Of a stretch of DNA of 64,000 nucleotides, positions 25,336 through 35,698 are shown piece by piece. The notes below the pieces were generated by a model. That model was not told the DNA's origin. It ran no database searches and saw only the letters and a list, made by a program, of their open reading frames with translations. The stretch is from Pseudomonadota bacterium. Lineage in GTDB: Bacteria > Pseudomonadota > Gammaproteobacteria > Burkholderiales > JAJZQI01. The stretch covers positions 48,359 to 112,358 of the forward strand of contig JAJZQI010000008.1 of NCBI GenBank assembly GCA_021851875.1. Direction: 5' to 3'. Each line of letters opens with the position of its first letter. The first letter of the stretch is position 1. A program made the position numbers and the translations under genes.

Positions 25336-26247
25336 ATGCTTGCAAACCTCTTCCAGCGCATGCGCGGCCTGATCAGCGGCAAACGACTGGTCATCTCCAT
25401 CCCGATGATCTGGCTGTTCACTCTCGCCGCCGCGCCGTTGCTGATCGCGCTCGATTTCAGCTTCTCGCAGATGGATATTGCTTCGGTCGCCAGCCTGACG
25501 CAGTGGGCCGACAATACCCTGACGATCAAGCTGAATTTGGGCAACTACCTGTTCCTCGGCGACGACCCGCTGTATTTCAAGACGTATCTGTCGTCGTTGA
25601 AGTTCGCCGGCACAACCACGCTCTGGTGCCTCGTGCTCGGTTATCCCTTCGCCTACTTCATGGCGCGTGCCCGGGCGCATCTGCGGCCCATGCTGCTGAT
25701 GTTGGTCATGCTGCCTTTCTGGACATCTTTCCTGCTGCGGATTTATGCCTGGAAAACCCTGCTGATCAGCAATGGTCTGGTGAACAACGCGTTGATGGCG
25801 CTCGGTATTATCGACGCCCCCTTGCAGATGCTGAACACACCGTTCTCGCTGACCATCGGCATGGTGTACGCCTACCTGCCGTTCATGATCCTGCCCCTGT
25901 ATGCCAACCTGGTCAAAATGGACACCCGTTTGATCGAGGCGGCAGCGGACCTGGGAGCCAGTCCGTGGAAAACATTCTGGCTGATCACCGTGCCGTTGTC
26001 CAAGCGCGGCATCATCGCCGGTTCCCTGCTGGTATTCATTCCGGCGGTAGGCGAATACGTCATACCCGAACTGCTGGGCGGTCCGGAAACCATCATGATC
26101 GGTCGCGTGCTGTGGGACGAGTTCTTCAGCAACAACGATTGGCCGATGGCATCTGCCGTGACGATCGTGATGATTCTGCTGATTCTGGTGCCGATGGCCA
26201 TCTTCAACAAATACAGCGATGGCGGTCAGGAAGGGGAGAAGACATGA
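25336..26247 (+). CDS. potH: Polyamine ABC transporter permease
   Basis: Six TM segments and the EAA loop EAAADLGASPWKTFWLITVPL. Confidence 0.9.
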   Translation: MLANLFQRMRGLISGKRLVISIPMIWLFTLAAAPLLIALDFSFSQMDIASVASLTQWADNTLTIKLNLGNYLFLGDDPLYFKTYLSSLKFAGTTTLWCLVLGYPFAYFMARARAHLRPMLLMLVMLPFWTSFLLRIYAWKTLLISNGLVNNALMALGIIDAPLQMLNTPFSLTIGMVYAYLPFMILPLYANLVKMDTRLIEAAADLGASPWKTFWLITVPLSKRGIIAGSLLVFIPAVGEYVIPELLGGPETIMIGRVLWDEFFSNNDWPMASAVTIVMILLILVPMAIFNKYSDGGQEGEKT

Positions 26248-27074
26248 AAAACCTCTTCGGCAGAAGCTGGCTGATTGCCGTTTATACCTTCCTGTACATC
26301 CCCATCGTGACGCTGGTGGTGTATTCCTTCAATGCGTCTCCATTGGTGACCGTGTGGTCGGAATTCACCTTCAAATGGTATGCCGCGCTGGCGCACGACA
26401 CGGAATTGACCGGCGGTCTGGTGCTGTCGCTGAAAGTGGCGCTCATGAGCGGCCTCATGTCGGTATTTTTCGGCACATTCACCGCCTTTGCCCTGGTGCG
26501 CTACCGGAAATTCCGCGGCCGCACCTTCCTGGCTTCGATGGCGAATGCGCCGCTGGTGATGCCTGACGTCATTGTCGGTTTGTCGCTGCTGCTCATGCTG
26601 GTCACGGTTCAGCGCTGGTTCGGCTTTCCGGAGCGGGGCATATTCACGATTCTGCTGGGCCATGCGCTCACCGGTACGGCGTATGCGGCGGTGGTCGTGA
26701 TGTCGCGCCTGCGTGAATTCGACACCCGGATGGAAGAGGCGGCCATGGATCTGGGCTGCAAACCCTGGCAGGTGTTCACTCTGGTGACCTTGCCGTTGAT
26801 TGCGCCGGCGCTGATTTCAGCCTTCCTGCTGACGTTCACGCTGTCCTTCGACGACGTGGTGTTGGCGGCGTTCCTTTCGGGACCCGGATCGACCACCCTG
26901 CCGCTGGTGATTTTCTCGCGTGCTCGCTTGGGCCTGAATCCGTCCATTAACGCGATTGCGACGGCGATTATCACCGTGGTCAGCATAGCCGTCATCGCAT
27001 CGAGTATTTACCAAGCGCGGGCGGAACGACGACGCCAGCGTGAAATGGCTGAAGCATACGCGCAGGCCAATTAG
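26244..27074 (+). CDS. potI: Polyamine ABC transporter permease
   Basis: ATGA overlap with the potH stop and the EAA loop EEAAMDLGCKPWQVF. The 595-aa track ORF is an artefactual upstream extension. Confidence 0.9.
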   Translation: MKNLFGRSWLIAVYTFLYIPIVTLVVYSFNASPLVTVWSEFTFKWYAALAHDTELTGGLVLSLKVALMSGLMSVFFGTFTAFALVRYRKFRGRTFLASMANAPLVMPDVIVGLSLLLMLVTVQRWFGFPERGIFTILLGHALTGTAYAAVVVMSRLREFDTRMEEAAMDLGCKPWQVFTLVTLPLIAPALISAFLLTFTLSFDDVVLAAFLSGPGSTTLPLVIFSRARLGLNPSINAIATAIITVVSIAVIASSIYQARAERRRQREMAEAYAQAN

Positions 27075-27152
27075 TCGACTGAAGCTGCAACTTGATTTGA
27101 TTTCGTTTGATGTAACTTAAAGGGAGAGAAACATGAAGCGAGGGAAAGAAAG

Positions 27153-28236
27153 TTGTTAACCTTGCCAAAACTCGGTGTTTTGGCAGTCGCACTGGCATTG
27201 GGCACCTCTGTTCCGGCTTATGCCGCCGGTCAGACGCCTGACCAAATGAAGCAGCGCATCGAGCAACTGGAAAGTCAGGTGCAGAAGCTGCAGGAACTGG
27301 TGGAAAAGGCCATGGCAAAAGCCGATCAAGCGGCGAATGCCACGGCCGCTACGGCCGATCAGACCGCCGAGGTCAACCGTCTCAGCGTCAAGGTCGACGC
27401 CATGGACGACGCTGCCGAGGCGAGCGGGTTCAAGGATCTCAAGATCACCGGCATGATCGACCCGACCTATATCTACAACAAGGCGCAGGACAGCTCCGGC
27501 TTCAACTTCCTGAGCAATTTCGACGGGCGTGATGGCAATGAAATTTATGCCTACGATAATTCCTTCTTCGGCCAGGCCATGGTGGAACTTGACAAGACCT
27601 TCGAGAACGGCACCCTGCTGAAATTGATTCTGGCGCCGCACAAGAGCACGGCTTCCGGCTACAACCTGCTGTTCGACTTCACCCTGCCGTCGTTCTACAC
27701 CGGTGCCGGCGCCGAGCTCAAACGCGGTGATTGGGAATCAAGGCATTGGTGGCCAACCTGAACAAGGTAAGCCACCCGAGCGGCGAAAAGAATCCGATCG
27801 TGACCGTGCGCGCTGATTACTCCATCAATGAATTTGCCGGTTTCGGTTTTGCCGGTCAAACCGGTCAGCTGGATCACAACCAGTTGAACATGTTTGAAGT
27901 GGACGGTTTCCATACCCGTGGTGACTGGAACTGGAACGGCCAGATCGGCGCCGGTTACGTGTGATGGCACAAATTGCGGCCGGCGATTATCGCAACGGCT
28001 TCGGTCCGACTGCCCGGGATGCAACCGACTACGCCAACGGTGCGATCGACTCCATCAGCGGTGCCAATCGCAGTGCGTTGGCTCTGGGTCTGAACTACGC
28101 CCTGACAGCCAACTTGATGTTGAAAGCGGAATATCGTTTCGATCATACCGATCGCGACATGTTCTACTACGTGAAGGACGGTACTTACAAGAAAGACAAT
28201 CAGGTGTTCGGTGTTTCTACCGTCCTGAGCTTCTAA
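27153..28236 (+). pseudogene. Outer-membrane porin-like gene split across three frames
   Basis: A signal peptide and coiled coil lie in 27153-27761. The beta-strand-like middle lies in 27731-27964. The C-terminal part, ending in the aromatic OMP signature VSTVLSF, lies in 27961-28236. Frame changes fall near 27730 and 27960. Confidence 0.65.
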
Positions 28237-28253
28237 AAGTATCGCCAGCAGTA

Positions 28254-28290
28254 CAAGCGGGCCGTTCGGCCCGCTTGCAAATACGTTTTG
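28254..28290 (+). terminator. Stem-loop after the porin remnant
   Basis: CAAGCGGGCC-GTTC-GGCCCGCTTG forms a 10-bp stem. A short T-run begins 8 nt downstream. Confidence 0.4.
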
Positions 28291-28303
28291 CCCTGGAGTT
28301 TTC

Positions 28304-29764
28304 ATGTCTATTCAGTTGAACCATCCATCATTGTTGAAAAAATCGTCGGCCTGGCTGGGCGGACAATGGGTGGGCGCCGATTCGGGCGCAAGCATCAAAG
28401 TTCGTAACCCTGCGACAGGTGAAATCCTGGCGGAGGTGCCGCTCATGGGGCGGGTTGAAACGGAGCGGGCCATTGTCGAGGCGGCTCTGGCACAAAAACA
28501 ATGGCGGGCGCTGGCAGCAAAAGAGCGTTCGGCCCGATTGAAAAAATGGTTCAGCCTGATGCTGGAACATCAGGAGGATCTGGCGCACATTCTCACCGCC
28601 GAGCAGGGTAAACCGCTGGCGGAAGCGCGTGGCGAAATTGCCTATGGGGCGAGTTTTATCGAATGGTTCGCCGAGGAGGCAAAGCGCGTCTACGGCGAGG
28701 TGATTCCGGCATCGCAGACGGGCCGGCGGCTGCTGGTATTGAAACAACCCATCGGAGTGACGGCAGCCATTACACCGTGGAATTTCCCCGCTGCGATGAT
28801 TACCCGTAAAGCCGCCCCTGCGCTGGCTGCGGGTTGCTCGATGATTGTCAAGCCGGCGGAACAGACGCCGTTGTCGGCGCTGGCCCTGGCCGTGCTGGCG
28901 GAAGAGGCGGGCATTCCCGGCGGTGTGTTCCAGGTGATTACCGGCGATGCAAAGGAAATCGGCGCAGCCATTTGCGCCAGCCCGATCGTGACCAAGCTGT
29001 CGTTTACCGGTTCGACCGAAGTCGGCCGCATTCTCATGCGGCAAAGCGCCGACACAATCAAGAAACTGTCGCTGGAATTGGGTGGCAACGCGCCTTTCAT
29101 CGTGTTCGACGATGCCGATCTCGATGCCGCCGTCGAAGGCGCAATTGCCAGTAAATACCGCAATGCCGGCCAGACCTGCGTCTGCGCTAATAGATTGTTC
29201 GTACAGGACGGCATTTTCGACGCCTTCGCGCAGAAACTGGCCGACCGCGTGGCGCAATTGCAAGTGGGTGACGGATTTTCTGAAGGCGTGACTCAGGGGC
29301 CGCTGATCGACGATGCTGCGCTGCAGAAAGTGGAAAGCCATGTGGCCGACGCGGTGGCCAAAGGCGCCAAGCTGGTGGTGGGCGGCCAGCGGCACGCACT
29401 GGGCGGCACATTCTACCAGCCCACGGTGCTGGCTGACGTGAGCCCGGACTCCATGGTCTTCCGCGAGGAAACGTTCGGTCCGGTGGCGCCGCTGTTCCGT
29501 TTCAAAACGGACGATGAGGTGATCGAGCTGGCCAACCGCACGGAGTTCGGTCTGGCCTCCTATTTCTTCAGTCGGGATGTCGGCCGCATCTGGCGTGTTG
29601 CCGAAGCGCTGGAATACGGCATGGTGGGGGTGAATACCGGCATCATTTCCAGCGAGGTGGCGCCGTTCGGCGGCGTGAAACAGTCGGGCCTGGGGCGCGA
29701 AGGGTCGCATTACGGCATCGACGAATATCTGGAAATCAAATATGTCGCCATGGCGGGTCTGTAA
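28304..29764 (+). CDS. gabD: Succinate-semialdehyde dehydrogenase
   Basis: ALDH motifs ELGGNAPFIVF and the catalytic Cys in GQTCVCANR, within a GABA/polyamine context. Confidence 0.85.
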   Translation: MSIQLNHPSLLKKSSAWLGGQWVGADSGASIKVRNPATGEILAEVPLMGRVETERAIVEAALAQKQWRALAAKERSARLKKWFSLMLEHQEDLAHILTAEQGKPLAEARGEIAYGASFIEWFAEEAKRVYGEVIPASQTGRRLLVLKQPIGVTAAITPWNFPAAMITRKAAPALAAGCSMIVKPAEQTPLSALALAVLAEEAGIPGGVFQVITGDAKEIGAAICASPIVTKLSFTGSTEVGRILMRQSADTIKKLSLELGGNAPFIVFDDADLDAAVEGAIASKYRNAGQTCVCANRLFVQDGIFDAFAQKLADRVAQLQVGDGFSEGVTQGPLIDDAALQKVESHVADAVAKGAKLVVGGQRHALGGTFYQPTVLADVSPDSMVFREETFGPVAPLFRFKTDDEVIELANRTEFGLASYFFSRDVGRIWRVAEALEYGMVGVNTGIISSEVAPFGGVKQSGLGREGSHYGIDEYLEIKYVAMAGL

Positions 29765-29796
29765 GCCCGGGCGCAAACAAGCTGTAAGGACAGGTT

Positions 29797-31284
29797 ATGA
29801 CTACTATTGACTGGCATGCCAAAGCGGCGGCATTGAAAATCGACGGGCGCGCCTTGATCGACGGGCAGCGCGTATGGGCTCTGGACGAAGCGACGTTTGA
29901 AAGCGTGTCGCCGGTTGACGGGCGCAAACTGGCGGATGTGGCGCGTTGTCAGGCGGCCGATGTCGATCGGGCTGTACTATCCGCCCGGGCTGCTTTTGAA
30001 GATCGTCGCTGGGCCGGCATGGCGCCGCGCGAGCGCAAACGCATCCTGATCCGCTTTGCCGATCTGGTGATGGAAAACCGCGAAGAACTGGCCTTGCTGG
30101 AAACCCTCGACATGGGCAAGCCGATCAGCGCCAGCATGAGCACCGATGCGCCGGCAACGGCCAATACCCTGCGCTGGTACGGCGAAGCGATCGACAAGGT
30201 GTACGACGAAATCGCGCCGACTGCCGATGACACGCTGGCTCTGATCACGCGCGAACCCATCGGTGTGGTGGCGGCCGTGGTGCCGTGGAATTATCCCTTG
30301 CTGATGGCTTCCTGGAAAATCGCCCCGGCTCTGGCGGCTGGTAATAGTGTGATTTTGAAACCGTCGGAAAAGTCGCCGCTGACTGCCCTGCGCCTGGGTG
30401 AGTTGGCGCTTGCTGCCGGTATTCCCCCCGGCGTGCTGAATGTGGTGCCTGGGTTCGGGCCGGAAGCCGGTTCGCCGTTGGCCTTGCATATGGACGTCGA
30501 TTGCATCGCCTTTACCGGTTCGACCGGTGTGGGCAAGAAAATCCGGGTCATGGCGGGCCAGAGTAATCTCAAGCGGGCCTGGTGCGAACTGGGCGGCAAA
30601 TCACCCAACATCGTGTTTGCTGATTGTCACGATCTGGACCGCGCCATCGAGGCGGCCGCCGGCTCGATTTTCTACAACCAGGGCGAGAGCTGCAATGCGC
30701 CGTCACGCCTGCTGGTGGAACGTTCCATCCGCGACGAGTTTGTGGAAAAGCTGAAAAAATACTCGCCGCAATACATGCCGGGCGACCCGCTGGACCCGAA
30801 CACCAAAATGGGCGCGCTGGTGGATGCCACCCAAATGCAGACCGTGCTCGGCTATATCGAAAGCGGCAAGAAAGAAGGTGCGCGTCTGTGCTGCGGCGGG
30901 CAGCAGGTGCGCACGGAAACGGGCGGTTACTACGTGTCTCCGACCATTTTCGATCAGGTTACCAATGACATGACCATCGCCAGCGAAGAAATTTTTGGTC
31001 CGGTCCTGTCGATCATTACCTTCGATACCCAGGAAGAAGCCATCCGCATCGCCAATGCAACCAATTACGGTTTGGCGGCCGCCGTGTGGACACGCGATAT
31101 TTCGCGCGCGCATCGGGTGGCGCGGGCCCTGCGAGCAGGCACGGTGCATGTGAACAGTTACGACGAAGACGATATCACCGTGCCCTTCGGCGGTTTCAAG
31201 CAATCCGGCAATGGCCGCGACAAGTCACTGCACGCACTGGAAAAATACACGGAACTGAAAACCACCTGGATTCGTCTCGCCTGA
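29797..31284 (+). CDS. puuC: Aldehyde dehydrogenase (gamma-glutamyl-gamma-aminobutyraldehyde dehydrogenase-like)
   Basis: ALDH motifs ELGGKSPNIVF and NQGESCNAPSRLLV, within the puu context. Confidence 0.75.
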   Translation: MTTIDWHAKAAALKIDGRALIDGQRVWALDEATFESVSPVDGRKLADVARCQAADVDRAVLSARAAFEDRRWAGMAPRERKRILIRFADLVMENREELALLETLDMGKPISASMSTDAPATANTLRWYGEAIDKVYDEIAPTADDTLALITREPIGVVAAVVPWNYPLLMASWKIAPALAAGNSVILKPSEKSPLTALRLGELALAAGIPPGVLNVVPGFGPEAGSPLALHMDVDCIAFTGSTGVGKKIRVMAGQSNLKRAWCELGGKSPNIVFADCHDLDRAIEAAAGSIFYNQGESCNAPSRLLVERSIRDEFVEKLKKYSPQYMPGDPLDPNTKMGALVDATQMQTVLGYIESGKKEGARLCCGGQQVRTETGGYYVSPTIFDQVTNDMTIASEEIFGPVLSIITFDTQEEAIRIANATNYGLAAAVWTRDISRAHRVARALRAGTVHVNSYDEDDITVPFGGFKQSGNGRDKSLHALEKYTELKTTWIRLA

Positions 31285-31334
31285 ATGGGGCGGGAGAGGA
31301 AAACATCATGAGTACAAATTTGAGCAATGCATCT

Positions 31335-31600
31335 TTAGCATGAACGCCGTCTGGCGGCCACGCCGCAGGAAAACTCGCCGACCTCGATCCCGCGAATGAT
31401 TTCGCCGCGAGCATCGTTGATGGTTTTGCCGTGTTCCAGTGTGATGGCTCTGGCCAGGTCGTCCATGTGCCGCTCGAGCAATTCCTTGAACTTGAACATG
31501 ATGCGGTGCTCTTGTTGCGGGGTGGTCATGCTTTTTACTCCAGATTGGCCTGTTGTTGAATTTCCAGTTGATGGGCGGCCCATTGCTGTTCATTCTTGAG
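31335..31600 (-). pseudogene. Remnant of methylmalonate-semialdehyde dehydrogenase (mmsA-like)
   Basis: TTPQQEHRIMFKFKELLERHMDDLARAITLEHGKTINDARGEIIRGIEV matches the conserved N-terminal region of MmsA-type ALDHs. An upstream bit, MNSNGPPINWKF, is in another frame. The remaining ~370 codons are absent. Confidence 0.6.
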
Positions 31601-32956
31601 GTATTGGCTGATATCGAGACCGGCATCACCTTCCTTGGCAAGCGAGGTGAGCGCTTCGGCAATGGTGCTGAAAATCCGGTCGATTTCATTTTTCTCGATG
31701 GTGAGCGGTGGGGAGATGGCGATGACGTCGCCGGTAAAGCGCACATGCACACCCATTTCGTAACACTTGAGGTAGGTGGCGAAAGCGCGGGCACCCGGTT
31801 TTTCCGGTGTCGGCTCAAGCTCAATGCCGGCTACCAGACCGATATTGCGGATGTCCTTAACGAACGGCAGGCCCTTTAAGGAATGGGCGGCCTGTTCGAA
31901 ATGCGAACTGAGCGAACCTGCACGCTCTTCCAGTTTTTCGCTGTTAAAAATATCGAGCATGGCGACGGCCGCTGCACAGGCGACCGGATGCGCCGTGTAG
32001 GTGTAGCCATGAGGCAACTCGATCGCGTTCGGCGCGCTGTTGGCCATGAACGCGTCGTGGATTTCCGTTTTCACGGCTACGGCACCCATCGGAATCGCCC
32101 CGTTGGTCAGCCCTTTGGCGCAGGTGAGGATGTCAGGCATGACGCCGAAGTAGTCCACACCGAACTTGGTACCCAGGCGGCCGAAACCGGTGATCACTTC
32201 ATCGAATATGAGCAGAATGCCGTATTTGTCGCAAATCTCCCGCAGTCGTTGCAGGTATCCGGCAGGCGGCAGCACCACGCCGGCAGAGCCCTGCATCGGC
32301 TCAACAATCAGGGCGGCGATGGTGGACGGGTCATGCAGCGTCGTGATGCGTTGTTCAAATTCATTCGCCAGGGCGATGCCGCCATCCTGCGGCACACCGC
32401 GGGTAAAGGCGTTGCGGCTGATATCAAGCGTGTGACGGAGGTGGTCAACGCCGGCCAGTCCATTACCGAAGGCTTTACGGTTGCCGGCAATGCCGCCTAC
32501 CGAGACACCGCCAAAGTTCACCCCATGGTAACCGCGTTCGCGGCCAATCAGTTTATTGCGCATGGGGTTGCCGGTGATGCGGTGGTAAGCCAGGGCAATC
32601 TTGAGCGCGGTGTCGACGGATTCGGAGCCTGAGCCGGTGAAAAAAATTCTGTCCAGTCCCTTGGGCATGTAGTCGGCCAGTTTTTCTGCGGCTTCAAAGG
32701 CCAGTGGATGGCTGCACTGAAAAGCCGGCGCATAGTCGAGCGTACGCAGTTGGTGTGCAGCGGCGCTGGCAATCTCTTCCCGTCCGTGGCCGGCAGCGAC
32801 ACACCAGAGGCCGGCCGTCGCGTCGAGCAGTGTCCGGTCGTCGATGGTGGTGTAGTAATTGCCCTTGGCGGCCTTGAACAGGCGCGGCATGCTCTTGAAC
32901 TGCCGGTTGGCCGTGAAAGGAAGCCAGTAATGCTGCAGGTTTGGCAGAGTGGCCAC
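31535..32956 (-). CDS. Omega-amino acid--pyruvate aminotransferase (beta-alanine:pyruvate type, class III)
   Basis: HYWLPFTANRQF, LIFDEVITGFGRLG and the PLP-lysine motif LTCAKGLTNGAIPMG. The C-terminal ~25 aa look like an extension into the mmsA remnant. Confidence 0.85.
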   Translation of the reverse strand: MATLPNLQHYWLPFTANRQFKSMPRLFKAAKGNYYTTIDDRTLLDATAGLWCVAAGHGREEIASAAAHQLRTLDYAPAFQCSHPLAFEAAEKLADYMPKGLDRIFFTGSGSESVDTALKIALAYHRITGNPMRNKLIGRERGYHGVNFGGVSVGGIAGNRKAFGNGLAGVDHLRHTLDISRNAFTRGVPQDGGIALANEFEQRITTLHDPSTIAALIVEPMQGSAGVVLPPAGYLQRLREICDKYGILLIFDEVITGFGRLGTKFGVDYFGVMPDILTCAKGLTNGAIPMGAVAVKTEIHDAFMANSAPNAIELPHGYTYTAHPVACAAAVAMLDIFNSEKLEERAGSLSSHFEQAAHSLKGLPFVKDIRNIGLVAGIELEPTPEKPGARAFATYLKCYEMGVHVRFTGDVIAISPPLTIEKNEIDRIFSTIAEALTSLAKEGDAGLDISQYLKNEQQWAAHQLEIQQQANLE

Positions 32957-33111
32957 GTGAGACTCCAGGAGGTTTAAATGTGGCGAGTTTCGAGGTGGTC
33001 GGGGCGGGCTGTCAAGACTGTATCTGGTACATTTTAAGTGACTGATTATATTGGGGTGTGCTAATGTGATGTTATTGAATAATTAACACTATAAACAGTT
33101 GGGGTAAGTAA

Positions 33112-33666
33112 ATGGATCAAGAGGTCGGTTTCCGGTTGCGGTTGGTAAGGCTGCGTTACCGTCTTTCGCAGCGTGCATTGGCAAAGCGGGCGGGTGTCGC
33201 GCATGCCACGATTTCATTGATCGAGTCGGGCAGAAGCAGTCCATCCGTCAGTGCGCTCAAACGCATTCTGGCGGCCATTCCGATGACGCTGTCGGAATTT
33301 TTCTCGGATGAGCTGCCGCCGGCCGAGAGCGGGGTTTTCTTCCGGGCCGATGAATTGACCGAAATCAGCGGCGGCAACGGCATCTCGTATCGACAAATCG
33401 GTTCGGCCCGAGCCGGGCATGTGTTGCAGATACTGGTCGAGCGTTATGCCGCCGGGGCGGATACCGGCATGATCATGCTGCGTCACGAGGGCGAGGAAGG
33501 CGGGGTGGTGTTGTCGGGGCAACTGGAGGTGACGGTGGGAGAATCCAGTCGGGTGCTGGGACCGGGCGACGCCTATTATTTCAACAGTCGGCAGCCGCAC
33601 CGCTTCCGTACCGTTGGCTCGGAGCCTTGTACCCTGGTGAGTTCGTGCAGCCCGCCGTCTTTTTGA
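33112..33666 (+). CDS. XRE-family HTH plus cupin transcriptional regulator (PuuR-like architecture)
   Basis: HTH LSQRALAKRAGVAHATISLIESGRSSPS and the cupin region GDAYYFNSRQPHRFRTVG. Confidence 0.85.
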   Translation: MDQEVGFRLRLVRLRYRLSQRALAKRAGVAHATISLIESGRSSPSVSALKRILAAIPMTLSEFFSDELPPAESGVFFRADELTEISGGNGISYRQIGSARAGHVLQILVERYAAGADTGMIMLRHEGEEGGVVLSGQLEVTVGESSRVLGPGDAYYFNSRQPHRFRTVGSEPCTLVSSCSPPSF

Positions 33667-33729
33667 TTCTTATGTCTTATATAAGACATCATGGACGAGT
33701 ATTTGTTCATTGTATATACTGCTTAAACA

Positions 33730-34476
33730 ATGATAGCCGACAATACAAAACCGAATTTCCTGCCGCTGTACGAACAAATCAAGCAATTGATAACACGCAG
33801 TCTGGCGCAAGGCGAATGGCAGCCGGGTGCGGCCATCCCCAGCGAAATGGAGCTGGCGCGCCGCTACGGTGTGAGTCAGGGGACGGTGCGCAAGGCCATT
33901 GATGAGCTGGTGAAGGAAAACATGCTGGTTCGCCGTCAGGGTAAGGGGACGTTCGTTGCGACCCATTCCGATGCCGGCACGACCTATCGTTTCCTGCGAC
34001 TGAAAAACCTGCAGGACAAACACGAGTATCCGCACAGTACATTTGTAGGCTTCCGTCGTGACAAGGCGGATGCCCAGGTGGCCAGGCGGCTGGAAATTCG
34101 CGGCGGCAGCGCCTTGGTTTGCATGCAGCGGGTGCTGGAGCTGTCGGGCCGGCCGGTCGTGTACGACGATATCCGGCTGCCGGCGGCGCTACTGAAGGGA
34201 ATTTCCAGTGCGCTGGTGGAGGAGCACGTGAATGCCTTCAAGGGTACGCTTTACTCCCTGTACGAAAGTCATTATCAGATACGGATCATTTCGGCGCATG
34301 AGCGTATCCGCGCGGCGTTGGCGGATGAGCAGTTGGCGGGCTATCTGAACGTGGCGGTCGGCACGCCATTGTTGGTTATCGAGCGGGTGGCGTTTACATA
34401 CAAGAACAAGCCGGTTGAATGGCGTATGAGTTACGTCAGTACCGAGCACCATTACTATTTTGATGAACTGAATTAG
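33730..34476 (+). CDS. GntR-family (HutC/UTRA subfamily) transcriptional regulator
   Basis: wHTH IPSEMELARRYGVSQGTVRKAIDELV plus a UTRA-like C-terminal domain. Confidence 0.85.
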   Translation: MIADNTKPNFLPLYEQIKQLITRSLAQGEWQPGAAIPSEMELARRYGVSQGTVRKAIDELVKENMLVRRQGKGTFVATHSDAGTTYRFLRLKNLQDKHEYPHSTFVGFRRDKADAQVARRLEIRGGSALVCMQRVLELSGRPVVYDDIRLPAALLKGISSALVEEHVNAFKGTLYSLYESHYQIRIISAHERIRAALADEQLAGYLNVAVGTPLLVIERVAFTYKNKPVEWRMSYVSTEHHYYFDELN

Positions 34477-34484
34477 GAACTGAC

Positions 34485-35693
34485 ATGGACAATTTGAAGC
34501 AGCGGGCACTTGATTATCATGAATTTCCCAAAGCGGGAAAGCTGTCGGTCGATTCCTCCAAGCCCTGTGCCACTGCCGCCGAATTGTCGCTTGCCTATAC
34601 CCCGGGCGTGGCGGAACCCGTCAGGGAAATCGGCGCCAATCCGGAAAATGCCTACCGTTACACGAATAAAGGCAATCTCGTGGCGGTGATCTCCGACGGC
34701 ACGGCCATTCTGGGGCTGGGCAATCTGGGTCCGCTGGCATCGAAGCCGGTGATGGAGGGCAAGGCGGTGCTGTTCAAGCGTTTTGCCAATGTCGATGTGT
34801 TCGACATTGAGGTAAACGCGCCCAGTGTCGAGGCGTTCATTGAAACGGTCGTCAACATCTCGCCCACCTTCGGCGGGATCAACCTGGAAGATATCGCCGC
34901 ACCGCATTGCTTCGAGATCGAGCGCATTCTCAAGGAGCGGCTGGATATTCCGGTATTTCACGACGATCAGCACGGCACCGCCATCATTATTTGCGCCGGG
35001 TTGATCAATGCGCTGGAACTGCAGGGTAAATCGCTGGCGGATGCAAAGATGGTCTGTCTGGGTGCCGGTGCGGCCGGTCTGGCCGGTATGCGCTTGTTGA
35101 TCGCGATGGGCGCCAAAAAAGAGAACATGACCCTGGTGGACTCAAAAGGCGTGATTCATGCCGGCCGCACCGACCTGAACGTTTACAAGCAGGAATTCGC
35201 CAAGGAAACCAGCATGCGCACGCTGGCAGACGCCATGACGGGGGCGGACGTGTTCATCGGCGTTTCCGGCCCGAATCTGGTGACCGGCGACATGCTCAAG
35301 CTGATGGCGCCCAAGCCGGTGGTGTTTGCCATGGCCAATCCCGATCCGGAAATCCTGCCCAAGGATGCGCATGCCGCCCGGGATGACCTGATCATGGCGA
35401 CCGGCCGCTCCGATTTTCCCAATCAGGTGAACAATGTGCTGGGATTCCCCTATATCTTCCGCGGCGCGCTGGATGCCAGAGCCAGGAAAATCACCCGGAA
35501 AATGATGATCGCGGCGGTAAAGGCGCTGGCGGAAATGGCCAAAGAGCCGGTGCCGGAAGAGGTGTTGAAGGCCTACGGCGCGACGGAAATGACCTTTGGC
35601 AAAGACTATATCCTGCCCAAGCCGTTTGATCCGCGACTGATCGATCGCATTCCGCCTGCTATTGCCGCGGCAGTTGAGAAAGAGGCGGATTAA
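34485..35693 (+). CDS. NAD(P)-dependent malic enzyme, short MaeB/YtsJ-type without a PTA domain
   Basis: LDYHEFPKAGKLSV, AYTPGVAEP and the Rossmann motif VCLGAGAAGLAG. Confidence 0.85.
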   Translation: MDNLKQRALDYHEFPKAGKLSVDSSKPCATAAELSLAYTPGVAEPVREIGANPENAYRYTNKGNLVAVISDGTAILGLGNLGPLASKPVMEGKAVLFKRFANVDVFDIEVNAPSVEAFIETVVNISPTFGGINLEDIAAPHCFEIERILKERLDIPVFHDDQHGTAIIICAGLINALELQGKSLADAKMVCLGAGAAGLAGMRLLIAMGAKKENMTLVDSKGVIHAGRTDLNVYKQEFAKETSMRTLADAMTGADVFIGVSGPNLVTGDMLKLMAPKPVVFAMANPDPEILPKDAHAARDDLIMATGRSDFPNQVNNVLGFPYIFRGALDARARKITRKMMIAAVKALAEMAKEPVPEEVLKAYGATEMTFGKDYILPKPFDPRLIDRIPPAIAAAVEKEAD

Positions 35694-35698
35694 CCGTC

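Noticed and set aside
25287-27074. A 595-aa plus-strand ORF spanning potH and potI.
   Set aside because: Only the C-terminal 276 aa (from ATG 26244) are protein-like (PotI). The upstream part is an out-of-frame read through potH.
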